Below, piece after piece: positions 43,676 through 53,117 of a DNA stretch of 64,000 nucleotides (position 1 is the first letter of the stretch; every line of letters begins with the position of its first letter). Location of the stretch: sequence record OR352946.1. One strand, written 5' to 3'. The position numbers and the translations under genes are program-made. The notes under the pieces are model-generated. The model was not told where the DNA came from. It saw nothing but the letters and a program-made list of their open reading frames with translations, and searched no databases. Source of the stretch: Escherichia phage AV116.

Positions 43676-45940
43676 TTAAAGCTTACAAGCAGAACAATCT
43701 TCAGCTTTAGGTGTTTCTAATTCATAGTCATCTGTACCTGACCCATCACGAGTGTTATGATAGTAGAGGTTTTTTCCGCCAAAGTACCAGAAGTAAAGCA
43801 GATCGTCAAGCATTACTGACATTGGCACTTTACCTTTCTCAAATACTGCAGGGTCATAGTAAGTATTAGCAGAAGCAGATTGGCACACCCATTTCAACAT
43901 GATAGCAACTTGGGTCAAATAAGGTTTATTACCTTTCTTAGCAAGTTTCCACGCGTAGTCGTAAAGACTCATGTTATGTTCTATATTAGGAACAACCTGT
44001 CGGAAGTTGCCTTCTTTAGATTCTTTAATACTTACAGGTCCACGAGGTGGTTCTATACCATTTGTGCTATTTGAGACTTGACTGCTTGACTCACAAGGCA
44101 TGAGTGCAGACAACGTTGAGTTACGAATTCCATGTTCTTTGAGTTCAGCTCGAAGTTCTTCCCAGTCACAGACATAGTTCGGGGCTGCGATTTGGTCAAT
44201 CTTTTTATTGTACCAGTCGATAGGTAATTCGCCTCTAGACCATTTAGTGTCTGAATAATACTCACAAGGTCCTTTTTCTTTGGCGAGTTTGATTGATGCT
44301 TTGATAAGGCCATATTGCAATCTCTCGAACAATTCATGGGTCAAATCGTTAGCGTCTTCATATGAAGCAAAGTTAGAAGCTAACCATGCAGCATAGTTCG
44401 TCACACCAACACCGAGATTTCGACGCTTTTTAGCTTTTAAAGCTTCTGGAACCGGATAATCTTGATAGTCTAACAGGTTATCAAGTGCACGTACTTGTAC
44501 TTCAGCAAGTTCATTAATTTTATCTTGGTCTTGCCAATCAAATTTATCTAATACAAAAGCAGATAATGTGCATAAACCAATTTCAGCATCAGGACCATTC
44601 ACATCATTAGTTGGAATAGCGATTTCACAACATAAGTTACTCTGACGAATTGGAGCTTTTTCACGAATAAACGGAGTGTAGTTATTCGTGTTATCAACAA
44701 ACTGTGGATAAATTCGAGCAGTGCCAGAACGTTCAGTCATGAACAATTCAAAGAGTTCTAGTGCTTTGATTCTTTTCTTTCTGATTGTTGGGTCTTTTTC
44801 AGCTTTCTCATAAAGCTCACGGAATTTATCTTGATCTTCAAAGAACGAGTAGTATAGTTCACCTGACATTTCGTGAGGGCTAAATAAAGTAATATAATCA
44901 TTTTTACCAAGGCGTTCCATCATAAGGTCATTAATCTGAATTCCGTAGTCCATATGTCGAATACGGTTTTCATCCACGCCTTTGTTATTTTTCAGAACTA
45001 ATAGGTTCTCTACTTCTAAGTGCCACATCGGATAATACGCTGTAGCAGCACCACCACGAATACCACCTTGAGAACAAGATTTTACTGCAGTTTGGAAATG
45101 TTTCCAGAATGGAATAACACCTGTATGTCGAACTTCACCCGTACCGATCTTAGAACCTTCTGCACGAAGCATACCAACGTTGATACCGATACCAGCTCGT
45201 TTAGAAATATATTCAATAATTGATGCTGAAGTTTTGTTAATAGATTTTAACGAATCACCTGCTTCAATAACTACACAACTAGAGAACTGGCGAGTTGGAG
45301 TACGAGCACCTGCCATAATTGGGGTTGGCAATGAAACTTGATGAGTAGAAACGGCATCATAAAAACGAATAATATGTTTCAAACGGTCATGAGTTTCGTC
45401 TTGGTGTAAGGCCATGCCAATAGCCATGATAGCAAACTGGGGAGTTTCATAAATCTTCCCAGTTGTTTTATCTTTAACTAGATATTTTTCTTTAAGCTGC
45501 ATAGCACCAGCATAAGTCAGGTCAAAGTCTCGTTCATGTTTAATCTGTGAATCGAGATAAATGATTTCTTCTGCTGAATATTGAGACAACAGCTCAGGGT
45601 CATATTTGCCTTCATTAACACAGTAAGAAATATGGTCTATAAAAGCAGGCGGTTCAAACTGCCCATATACATCTTTACGAAGTGCAAACATTAGCCCTTT
45701 GGCGGCGACATACTGATAATCAGGTTCTTCGACAGAAATCAAGTTAGCTGCAACTTTAATACAAATCTTCTGAATATCTTTGGTGCTCATCCCGTCGACA
45801 AGATGGGTCTTAATTTCTTCATACAATTCGTATGGGTCGATTTGTGTTCCTTCACACTGCCAAGTTAATACTTGAATAATTTTCTGTGCATCAAAATTTT
45901 GGGATACACCTGAATTTTTCACTACTTTAAAATTATACAT
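43676..45940 (-). CDS. nrdA: ribonucleotide reductase large subunit NrdA
   Basis: 754 aa; active-site region NLCCEIA; T4 NrdA size. Confidence 0.95.
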   Translation of the reverse strand: MYNFKVVKNSGVSQNFDAQKIIQVLTWQCEGTQIDPYELYEEIKTHLVDGMSTKDIQKICIKVAANLISVEEPDYQYVAAKGLMFALRKDVYGQFEPPAFIDHISYCVNEGKYDPELLSQYSAEEIIYLDSQIKHERDFDLTYAGAMQLKEKYLVKDKTTGKIYETPQFAIMAIGMALHQDETHDRLKHIIRFYDAVSTHQVSLPTPIMAGARTPTRQFSSCVVIEAGDSLKSINKTSASIIEYISKRAGIGINVGMLRAEGSKIGTGEVRHTGVIPFWKHFQTAVKSCSQGGIRGGAATAYYPMWHLEVENLLVLKNNKGVDENRIRHMDYGIQINDLMMERLGKNDYITLFSPHEMSGELYYSFFEDQDKFRELYEKAEKDPTIRKKRIKALELFELFMTERSGTARIYPQFVDNTNNYTPFIREKAPIRQSNLCCEIAIPTNDVNGPDAEIGLCTLSAFVLDKFDWQDQDKINELAEVQVRALDNLLDYQDYPVPEALKAKKRRNLGVGVTNYAAWLASNFASYEDANDLTHELFERLQYGLIKASIKLAKEKGPCEYYSDTKWSRGELPIDWYNKKIDQIAAPNYVCDWEELRAELKEHGIRNSTLSALMPCESSSQVSNSTNGIEPPRGPVSIKESKEGNFRQVVPNIEHNMSLYDYAWKLAKKGNKPYLTQVAIMLKWVCQSASANTYYDPAVFEKGKVPMSVMLDDLLYFWYFGGKNLYYHNTRDGSGTDDYELETPKAEDCSACKL

Positions 45941-46580
45941 AATAATTCCATGTTGGATAATTTGATGATTTTAGACGGCGTCTAACCGTTTGGGTGCTCA
46001 TAGATAAAATTATTGACGCTTCATTTAATGTATCATATATTACGTCGTTTATAATTACTTTCTTTGCAAATGGATTCTTAGCTCCTATCATAGCGTTAGA
46101 AATAGCTTGCTTAGTTGATTCTTTTAATGGGACTCCTTTAGAAATTTTTGTTTTAATTTTTATATTGTATTGTCCGCGTTTTTTACCTAATAAAGAATTT
46201 CGTATCTTTTCTTTAGTCTCTTCAGATTTAACATGTCCTAGTTTGGAACGAGATATTTTATCTTTTGTTTTTTGGTCTAATTTTCGCCCTTTAAGCAAAT
46301 CAACCATTTTTGCTCTAGCCCATCCAAATTCTTTATTATTTCTAGAACTCATTAAATTAACCGCGGTTGCTAAACCTAAATTGTTCGGATATATTTTTAA
46401 TAAAAGAAGATGAGCCAAATAATGTTCTGAATATGTTAATTTAACTAGATTGTATGACTCATTGGTGCCACCTAAACATTTTGGGATTATATGATGCCAT
46501 TCACCATCGATATCTTCAAAATTTCTTTCTTTATTTACTAAGTTTTTATATATTTTTAAATAATCCATAGTATAATCCAC
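45933..46580 (-). CDS. free-standing HNH homing endonuclease (Mob-like)
   Basis: HNH motif EWHHIIPKCLGGTNESYNLVKLTYSEHYLAH; first ATG at 46568 gives 211 aa; 8-nt overlap with nrdA start. Confidence 0.75.
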   Translation of the reverse strand: MDYTMDYLKIYKNLVNKERNFEDIDGEWHHIIPKCLGGTNESYNLVKLTYSEHYLAHLLLLKIYPNNLGLATAVNLMSSRNNKEFGWARAKMVDLLKGRKLDQKTKDKISRSKLGHVKSEETKEKIRNSLLGKKRGQYNIKIKTKISKGVPLKESTKQAISNAMIGAKNPFAKKVIINDVIYDTLNEASIILSMSTQTVRRRLKSSNYPTWNYYV

Positions 46581-46643
46581 TTTGTAGTATCAACGGGATA
46601 GTATTTATCCCGTTAATTTATTATACACTTTTAAACTGAAGCG

Positions 46644-46898
46644 TTAATTATCCTCAGCAATAATTTCTTCGTATTCTTTAGGTGTCAAGACCGTGATATT
46701 GAAATAAACCAACGGTTCTTTTTCCACACCGTAACCACCACAGAATTCACGATATTCATAAATTCGTTCATGTGAATAACAAATGAATCGTTCACCTTTA
46801 ACTATGATTTCACTATTCGGTGAAGGGATATCTAGTTCGGTAGGATTTTTCATTTCAAAAATTGTGGTGCCATATGAATTAATAAAACGTAAAATCAT
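46644..46898 (-). CDS. hypothetical protein (84 aa)
   Basis: ORF between td exon 2 and the HNH gene. Confidence 0.5.
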   Translation of the reverse strand: MILRFINSYGTTIFEMKNPTELDIPSPNSEIIVKGERFICYSHERIYEYREFCGGYGVEKEPLVYFNITVLTPKEYEEIIAEDN

Positions 46899-46899
46899 T

Positions 46900-47211
46900 T
46901 TATACCGCCATTTTAGCTTTGATAGCTGGATGTGATTCGTAATTTTTAAGAACGAAATCAGAATGTGTCATCGTTCCGGTAACCCAGTCCATTTGGATTT
47001 TTGTAGGCCAATTCTCAAAATTACTAGGCCAATTAATTTCAAGAGAACATAACTCTTTAGGTTCACGACGAAGAACTTCTTTGCATTGTTCTACATGATT
47101 GCTGTAGATATGCGTGTTGCCGCCTGAGAACACTAAATCACCTGGGATAAGGTTACACATCTTCGCTACAATATGTGTCAAGGCAGCGTACGAGGCGATG
47201 TTGAACGGTAG
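46900..47211 (-). CDS. td: thymidylate synthase Td, exon 2
   Basis: exon begins CUACCGUUCAA as in T4; the ATG of the track ORF is the last 3 nt of the intron; encodes LPFNIASYAALTH... Confidence 0.9.
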   Translation of the reverse strand, partial: LPFNIASYAALTHIVAKMCNLIPGDLVFSGGNTHIYSNHVEQCKEVLRREPKELCSLEINWPSNFENWPTKIQMDWVTGTMTHSDFVLKNYESHPAIKAKMAV

Positions 47212-48227
47212 CATTATGTTCAGATAAGGTCGTTAATCTTATCCCGGAATTATATCCAGCTGCATGTCACCATGCAGAGCAGACTATATCTCCAACTTGT
47301 TAAAGCAAGTTGTCTATCGTTTCGAGTCACTTGACCCTACTCCCTAAAGGGATAGTCGTTAGGCATTTATGTAGAACCAATTCCACTTATCAGATTTTAC
47401 ACGGTAAGTAACTAATCCTGATGAAATTTCAAAATGTCTAGCCGCATCGGCTGCACATTCAAAAATAATCCCATCGCATGAAATCTTTTTGATGTTAGCT
47501 GGCTTTTTGCCTTTCATCTTTTCAGATAGTTTAGTTTTAGTTTTTTCTGAATGTTTGTGATTAAAGAACGGGTTATTTTCACCTGAACGTTTTCGGCACT
47601 TTCCACAAGTATCGGCCGAAGATGGTATGCGAACACCGCATTTACAAAACTTGTGGTTTTCTGGATTCCATCGGCCATTTTTACTTCCGTGTTTACCATA
47701 AAGAGCTTTCCGACCATCAGGACCAAGCTTAAGCATCTTAGCTTTAACAGTTTCAGCTCGTTTCTTAGCAATTTCTTCTTTTAATGGATGATTTGAAAGC
47801 ACATCGCCAAAAGACGCATCAGCAATATTATATCCATTAATTTTAGAATTTAGCTCTTTAATCCAAAAATTTTCTCGTTCAATAATCAAATCTTTCTCAT
47901 ATGGAATTTCTTCCAGTATAGAGCATTCAAAAACATTACCATGTTTATTAAAAGACCTTTGAAATTTTATAGAAGAGTGAACACCGTTTTCAAGGTCTTT
48001 AAAATGTCTCTTCCATCTTTTCTCAAAATCTTTAGCACTTCCAACATACACTTTACCGTTTAAAGTGTTTTTAATCTGATAAATTCCGCTTTTCATAAAC
48101 ACCTCTTTTTATATAGAAGTATTTATTAAAGGGTAGTCCTACAATTTAGCACGGGATTGTCTACTAGAGAGGTCCCCCGTTTAGATAGATTACAAGTATA
48201 AGTCACCTTATACCTAGGCCTAAATTA
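47212..48227 (-). mobile_element. group I intron in td (1016 nt)
   Basis: 5' end UAAUUUAGGCCUAGGUAUAAGGUGACUUAUACUUGUAAUCUAUCUAAACGGGG and 3' end ...CUGAACAUAAUG match the T4 td intron as I recall it; length 1016 nt as in T4. Confidence 0.9.
47359..48096 (-). CDS. intron-encoded GIY-YIG homing endonuclease I-TevI
   Basis: 245 aa from ATG (MKSGIYQIKNTLNGKVYVGSAKDFEKRW...), SD AAGAGGTG; track adds two codons from an upstream GTG. Confidence 0.9.
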   Translation of the reverse strand: MKSGIYQIKNTLNGKVYVGSAKDFEKRWKRHFKDLENGVHSSIKFQRSFNKHGNVFECSILEEIPYEKDLIIERENFWIKELNSKINGYNIADASFGDVLSNHPLKEEIAKKRAETVKAKMLKLGPDGRKALYGKHGSKNGRWNPENHKFCKCGVRIPSSADTCGKCRKRSGENNPFFNHKHSEKTKTKLSEKMKGKKPANIKKISCDGIIFECAADAARHFEISSGLVTYRVKSDKWNWFYINA

Positions 48228-48776
48228 ACCTAAGAAAACATCTACACTGCGTTGATACCATTGTAAATCAAGATGACCATTACGCACATTGAACTGATAG
48301 AACATATGGCAAGGAGGAAGAGCCATTTGATTTATTTCAGCCGGATTCCAGGCAGAAACAATTTGACGACGATCAGTTGGTAATTTTTTAATACGGTCGA
48401 TTGTTTCAACTAATTGGTCTACACCACCAAAATCACGCCATTGCTTACCATAAATAGGACCAAGTTCGCCGCTATGATATCCAAGGTCTTTTGCCTGATT
48501 TTCATAGTTGTCGTCCCAAATAGTTTTACCTTGAATAAGACTACCATGAGTACGAATACGCAAATCATTAACATTGGTAGAACCAGACATGAACCACAGT
48601 AACTCGGCAATACAAGCTTTCCATGCTAATTTCTTAGTTGTTACTGCAGGAAATCCTTTAGTAAGGTCCCAACGTAATTTAGTTCCGAACAGGGCAATAG
48701 TGCCGGTACCTGTACGGTCGTCTGTTTCGTAGCCATTTTCTAAGATATCTTTAATCAGGTATTGGTATTGTTTCAT
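48228..48776 (-). CDS. td: thymidylate synthase Td, exon 1
   Basis: 183 codons ending ...DVFLG at splice site CUUAGGU|UAAUUUAGG; active-site PCH motif present. Confidence 0.9.
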
Positions 48777-49360
48777 TTATATACGCTCTCAGTAATTTCG
48801 GTGAGTTCATCGATTCTGTAGTAATGAGATTCTACCATAGAACGTTGAAGCATAATATCTTGGACGAAATCTTTATCAAGTTGAACATCGGAATTAACAT
48901 GACATTTCTTAATGATTTTAGTCATCACGATTTCATCGGCATAAGGCAGTGCTTGTTTTAATAGAGCAGGGCCACCAATAATAGATACATCAACATGTTC
49001 AGTAGAAAGTTTAAACGGTACGTCAGTTGCAGGGCTAAACAGGTTAATTTCACCACCCGTTACCAAGGTAATAAATTCTGCTTGGGTGATATAGAACCGT
49101 GCAAGTTCGTTGGTTTTGGTCCTAGGCAGTTTTCTGGCCATATCAGTGACAACCACATGAGTACGATCCTGGAGTAGACGAGGTAATGATGCAAAAGTCT
49201 TAGCACCCATAACCATTACAGTGTTTTTAGTGCGAGCAACAAAGTTACTCATATCTTGTTTGATATGCTTCCATGGAAGTCCATCACCTAATCCAAAAGC
49301 ATATTCCAGTTTATCATCAACTGTTTTAGTCGGAGCGCATGCGAATACTAATTTAAGCAT
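48773..49360 (-). CDS. frd: dihydrofolate reductase Frd
   Basis: 195 aa; T4 DHFR-like blocks (FGLGDGLPW, VIGGPALL, LPYADE) and C-terminus ...TESVYK. Confidence 0.9.
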   Translation of the reverse strand: MLKLVFACAPTKTVDDKLEYAFGLGDGLPWKHIKQDMSNFVARTKNTVMVMGAKTFASLPRLLQDRTHVVVTDMARKLPRTKTNELARFYITQAEFITLVTGGEINLFSPATDVPFKLSTEHVDVSIIGGPALLKQALPYADEIVMTKIIKKCHVNSDVQLDKDFVQDIMLQRSMVESHYYRIDELTEITESVYK

Positions 49361-49363
49361 TTT

Positions 49364-49612
49364 TTATTTCCTCAGATTTTTCTTAACAACTTTCCAATCA
49401 GCTTTAAACGATTCAACATCAGAGTGGTGAATCCAGAATCCTGCACTTTCACCATCTTCGTAGAGTGGACATCCATCGCATTCTTCGTTCCAACCCATTT
49501 CACGTAAAGCTTCTTCAGCTTGTTCAAGGAGTTCAGCGTCTTTACCAACGATGTTGAAGTACCATTTACCTCTAACTTCAGAATCTTTGATGCTCTGGCG
49601 TTGCAATCTCAT
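49364..49612 (-). CDS. hypothetical protein (82 aa, frd-upstream ORF)
   Basis: ATG at 49612 with GAAGGAG SD; the track N-terminal extension lacks an SD. Confidence 0.5.
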   Translation of the reverse strand: MRLQRQSIKDSEVRGKWYFNIVGKDAELLEQAEEALREMGWNEECDGCPLYEDGESAGFWIHHSDVESFKADWKVVKKNLRK

Positions 49613-49674
49613 TTTATTCTCCTTCACTTTTGATTTGATAGGGCTACTATAACATAACCCTATCTGATTATACA

Positions 49675-50067
49675 CTACTTTTTAAAAGTTTTTTGCAAAA
49701 GTTTGATGATTTCGTCGACGTTGGTTTCATCTACGATACAATGGATTTTTGTTACACCTAAAGTTATACCTTCGTTAGTAGGTTGAGGCTTTACTAAATC
49801 TACTTCAATAAAGTATTTGAACTCGTCAGGATAAATCTCGAAATAAGTTTCAATTTCACCACCGGCAGAACATACAGTACCGTCTTCCATAGTTACACTT
49901 ACTACGTTTGACGTATCGCTATCATAATCAGGTTCCATTCCGTTTACAACAAAACTAGGCCCGTGGAGTTCAATCAATTTTAACATCTTAGCGTTATTGT
50001 GTGGTGCTTCTTGAACAAAGTCGTCTTTAAATAAAGGGTTAATGATATAAGATTTTCCGATTTCCAT
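49675..50067 (-). CDS. hypothetical protein (130 aa)
   Basis: ATG with GAGG SD downstream of an early promoter. Confidence 0.55.
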   Translation of the reverse strand: MEIGKSYIINPLFKDDFVQEAPHNNAKMLKLIELHGPSFVVNGMEPDYDSDTSNVVSVTMEDGTVCSAGGEIETYFEIYPDEFKYFIEVDLVKPQPTNEGITLGVTKIHCIVDETNVDEIIKLLQKTFKK

Positions 50068-50096
50068 TTTGATTTCCTCATGTTGTTGATAGGTCT

Positions 50097-50125
50097 ATAC
50101 TAACACATCCAGGTAAGAAGTAAAC
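50097..50125 (-). promoter_or_regulatory. early promoter GTTTAC-N17-TAGTAT
   Basis: minus-strand -35/-10 pair between the gene 32 terminator and the 130-aa ORF. Confidence 0.55.
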
Positions 50126-50145
50126 AACTTTTTCGGCAATTTACA

Positions 50146-50174
50146 GATACTCAAAAGGGAGACCGAAGTCTCCC
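50146..50174 (-). terminator. intrinsic terminator after gene 32
   Basis: minus-strand GGGAGAC-UUCG-GUCUCCC followed by UUUUGAGUAUC, 7 nt after the gene 32 stop. Confidence 0.75.
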
Positions 50175-50180
50175 AATTTA

Positions 50181-51080
50181 TTATAGACCAGCTAACAGGT
50201 CATCGAGGTCACCATCGTCAGAAGACGAGGAACTCATGAAGTCATCTTCAGTTTTTGCAGAACCAAAGGCTTCCATGTCTTTATCAAAATCGTCAAGGTC
50301 AGAAGCAACTTTATCTGCAACAGAAGCTGCTGCGGCTGCTGCACCACCAAGAGCGGCAGTACCAAGAACTTGATTAAATTTAGTATTCAATTCTTCAAAC
50401 GATTTGAACTTATCTTTAGAAGTCATTTCAGAAAGGTCGACCATTTGTTCGAACAATTCTTTCTGGAAAGATTCATCATCAATGTTTGGAATCGCAGATT
50501 GATTCAGGAATTTAGATTCGTCGTAGTTACTGAAACCAGAAACCTGTTTAACTTTCAGCACAAAGTTAGCACCTTCCCACGGGCAAGTTACATCAACAGG
50601 AGTTTCACCCATTTCAGTATCGACTGCAATCATTGCATTGATTTTGTCCCAAATCTTTTTACCGAAACGATATTTGAATACTTTACCTTCATTATCTGGA
50701 GCTTGAGGGTCTTTAACAACCAGAATATTAGCCCAATAAGAAGTTTTACGTTTCAGTTGAGAATATTCAGTTTTGTTGGTATTGTACAGGTCATTTTTAC
50801 TAATGTACTGACATACAGGACAAGAGTCATAATCGCCGTGTGTAGATGAACAGGTTTCAATATACCATTTACCATTTTTCTTGAACCCGTGGTTAACAAG
50901 AATTGTAAACGGAAGTGCGTCATCTGTTTTTGCCGGCAGGAAACGAATTACCGCTTGACCATTACCGGATGCATCGAGTTTCAGCTTCCATTCACCTTTA
51001 TCTTCTGAAGAGAAACCTTTGTTACCATTCAGTTTAGCCATCTGAGCTGCGAGGTCTGCGGTACTTTTACGTTTAAACAT
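50181..51080 (-). CDS. 32: single-stranded DNA-binding protein gp32
   Basis: 299 aa; zinc site with CPVC; acidic Ser/Asp-rich C-terminus; T4 gp32-like. Confidence 0.95.
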   Translation of the reverse strand: MFKRKSTADLAAQMAKLNGNKGFSSEDKGEWKLKLDASGNGQAVIRFLPAKTDDALPFTILVNHGFKKNGKWYIETCSSTHGDYDSCPVCQYISKNDLYNTNKTEYSQLKRKTSYWANILVVKDPQAPDNEGKVFKYRFGKKIWDKINAMIAVDTEMGETPVDVTCPWEGANFVLKVKQVSGFSNYDESKFLNQSAIPNIDDESFQKELFEQMVDLSEMTSKDKFKSFEELNTKFNQVLGTAALGGAAAAAASVADKVASDLDDFDKDMEAFGSAKTEDDFMSSSSSDDGDLDDLLAGL

Positions 51081-51160
51081 TTTATTTGCCTTTATTTAGA
51101 TTATTAATTAAATTTTACAGTTGGTTGCTACGACACTTATACCTCGTAGCTGGTATGATT
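51081..51160 (-). promoter_or_regulatory. gene 32 mRNA leader / translational operator
   Basis: AU-rich leader AAUUUAAUUAAUAAUCUAAAUAAAGGCAAAUAAA-AUG preceded by a GC-containing structured segment, as in the T4 gene 32 autoregulatory operator. Confidence 0.55.
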
Positions 51161-51168
51161 TATTTATA
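51161..51168 (-). promoter_or_regulatory. late promoter TATAAATA for gene 32 (minus strand)
   Basis: plus-strand TATTTATA about 80 nt upstream of the gene 32 ATG. Confidence 0.55.
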
Positions 51169-51197
51169 AAGTAATTTTAACACACAAGAAATAAAGC

Positions 51198-51851
51198 TTA
51201 ATACTTACATGATTTGATTGTTTCTATGAACAATTTCTTAGCAGCATTTCTATCGATTTGAAGTATTTTTCGATATGCCTTTAATTTGGTAGAATAATTT
51301 TGCCAGACTAAGTTATCGGTGAGTTCGTCGTGCTTATCTATAATATTCAAAAACGAGTCCAACAATAAGAAAGTCTCAAATGAAATTATATTGCTTTGTA
51401 GCAATTTGAATATGTAGCTCGACTGAACGTTGCTATTATAATCAAATATCTCTTGAAGCGCACTAACTTCAACTTTCTTACTGAAATAGTAGATGTTACG
51501 TACGTCTTCAGCAAACGTCTCCTTGGCTTGTTTGAGACGTCCAATATATTCCCTATAGAAAACTAATGCATCAGCGTCTGATATCTCACCAATCCATGCG
51601 TCTTGGTTAGCAACTAAGTTGCTTATGAATATCAAGGTGAGTTCCTTCAATTTATATTTCTCTGCTAGTTTTTCAAAGAAATATTTATCTCGGCGTTTTT
51701 GATACGCATTATCCGAAACACGCATGCACCAGTTATATTTGATTACGTCATACCGACCACCAAAGTGGTTTTTGCACATCAAGTATAGTTTATATACTGA
51801 TTTTCCATTAATATAACGTTCTCCGTCAGGAGGCATGCGTATTTTAATCAT
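51198..51851 (-). CDS. 59: helicase loader gp59
   Basis: 217 aa, T4 gp59 size and position upstream of gene 32. Confidence 0.9.
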   Translation of the reverse strand: MIKIRMPPDGERYINGKSVYKLYLMCKNHFGGRYDVIKYNWCMRVSDNAYQKRRDKYFFEKLAEKYKLKELTLIFISNLVANQDAWIGEISDADALVFYREYIGRLKQAKETFAEDVRNIYYFSKKVEVSALQEIFDYNSNVQSSYIFKLLQSNIISFETFLLLDSFLNIIDKHDELTDNLVWQNYSTKLKAYRKILQIDRNAAKKLFIETIKSCKY

Positions 51852-52528
51852 AGTTCCATCCAGGCCATTTTGAAGATTTAAGTCTATATGTAACTAAAGA
51901 CGCAGAAATATTAAAAACATTTGAAACTTCTTTACACGAGGCGTATTTTATACCATCAATAATTATAGGTTTTTGTTTTTTAATAGTTCTTTCTTTAGAA
52001 TGCGGCTTTGAATTTGCTATTCTAAGAGCTTCTTTGGTTGAATCAGGCATCGGCTTATTCGTTTTTCGCCCTTTTCGGACTTTACTCAAGGCCAATTTGT
52101 GAGCTTCAGATAGTTTCTTACCCTTATTAGGTGACGGTATTTTTCTTTCTAGTCTTGTTTTAGATACTTTAGCCTTAGTCTCTTCAGATCTAGGTTTACC
52201 TAATTTAGAAAGTGAAATAGGACCTTTTAGCTTCATCACTTTGTTTTTTACCAGGACCACCTTTACCACCGGGAACTAAGTTATAAGTATCATCTCGCAA
52301 AACAAAATCTTCATTAACCAATTCTGCTTCTTTTTTATAGGCGTCCTTGTCATTATCATATTCATAAAGAATTTCGGTATAAAAATTTTTTAGTCCATAT
52401 TTAGCTTTGGCCGCTAATATAGCGCGGCCTGATCCAATATACCAATCTTTCTCTTTATGTTTTTTGTGTACGCCTATATAAATTTTACCATTTATTTTAT
52501 TGGTAGTTTTATACACAACGTATTTCAT
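51844..52528 (-). pseudogene. Seg-like GIY-YIG homing endonuclease split by a frameshift at an A6 run
   Basis: N-terminal ORF (52205-52528, 107 aa) has GIY-YIG-like YKTTN..KIYIGVH; C-terminal ORF (51844-52269, 141 aa) has the K/S-rich DNA-binding region; frames overlap 65 nt around minus-strand A6 at 52244-52249. Confidence 0.6.
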
Positions 52529-52863
52529 AATAAGAAATCTAACGTATTAGTTTTTTCACCACGAGCAACTGATGGGCGAAGCATGTTTTCGTCAATTGCT
52601 TCGCTTGTAATTTTTTCAACAATTCCTGTAGGAATAAATTTAGCAAATTGTGTTTCTGGAATAGAATTTTCTTCCAAGAAAGCAGTTGTTGCTTCTAAAT
52701 AAGACATACCAAATTGTTCAACCATGGATTCGATAATGAATCCGTTTTCTTGTCGGTCAAGCAATTTAGCGATATCATCTTTATCGTGTTTTACTGCTAA
52801 TTCTTGTTCAGATAAACCGGCCTCATCAACCGGTTTAATATCACTTAGTGAAAACTGTGTCAT
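52525..52863 (-). CDS. 33: late transcription accessory protein gp33
   Basis: 112 aa, T4 gp33 size; MTQFSLSDIKPVDE... Confidence 0.85.
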   Translation of the reverse strand: MTQFSLSDIKPVDEAGLSEQELAVKHDKDDIAKLLDRQENGFIIESMVEQFGMSYLEATTAFLEENSIPETQFAKFIPTGIVEKITSEAIDENMLRPSVARGEKTNTLDFLL

Positions 52864-53110
52864 AAAGCTCGACTACCTCTTCGTTTTCAGCTTCAAATTG
52901 GTCACGAGCGTCTTTATGATAAAGAGCTAACAAACGATTAAACATTTTTCCATCGACGCCAAGCTCTTCTTTAGCACGAGTACGAATGTCTTTAATCAGT
53001 TCATTATAACCAGAAATTTTAAGTTTGTTATCGGAAGCTTCTTTGACTAGTTTAGCCAGTTCTTCACCATGCACATCTTGATTAAATTCAACTGCTTCTT
53101 TCTTAGCCAT
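52841..53110 (-). CDS. dsbA: dsDNA-binding protein DsbA
   Basis: 89 aa from ATG at 53110 with GAGGT SD overlapping the rnh stop; the track adds 6 codons. Confidence 0.7.
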   Translation of the reverse strand: MAKKEAVEFNQDVHGEELAKLVKEASDNKLKISGYNELIKDIRTRAKEELGVDGKMFNRLLALYHKDARDQFEAENEEVVELYDTVFTK

Positions 53111-53117
53111 GTTTACC

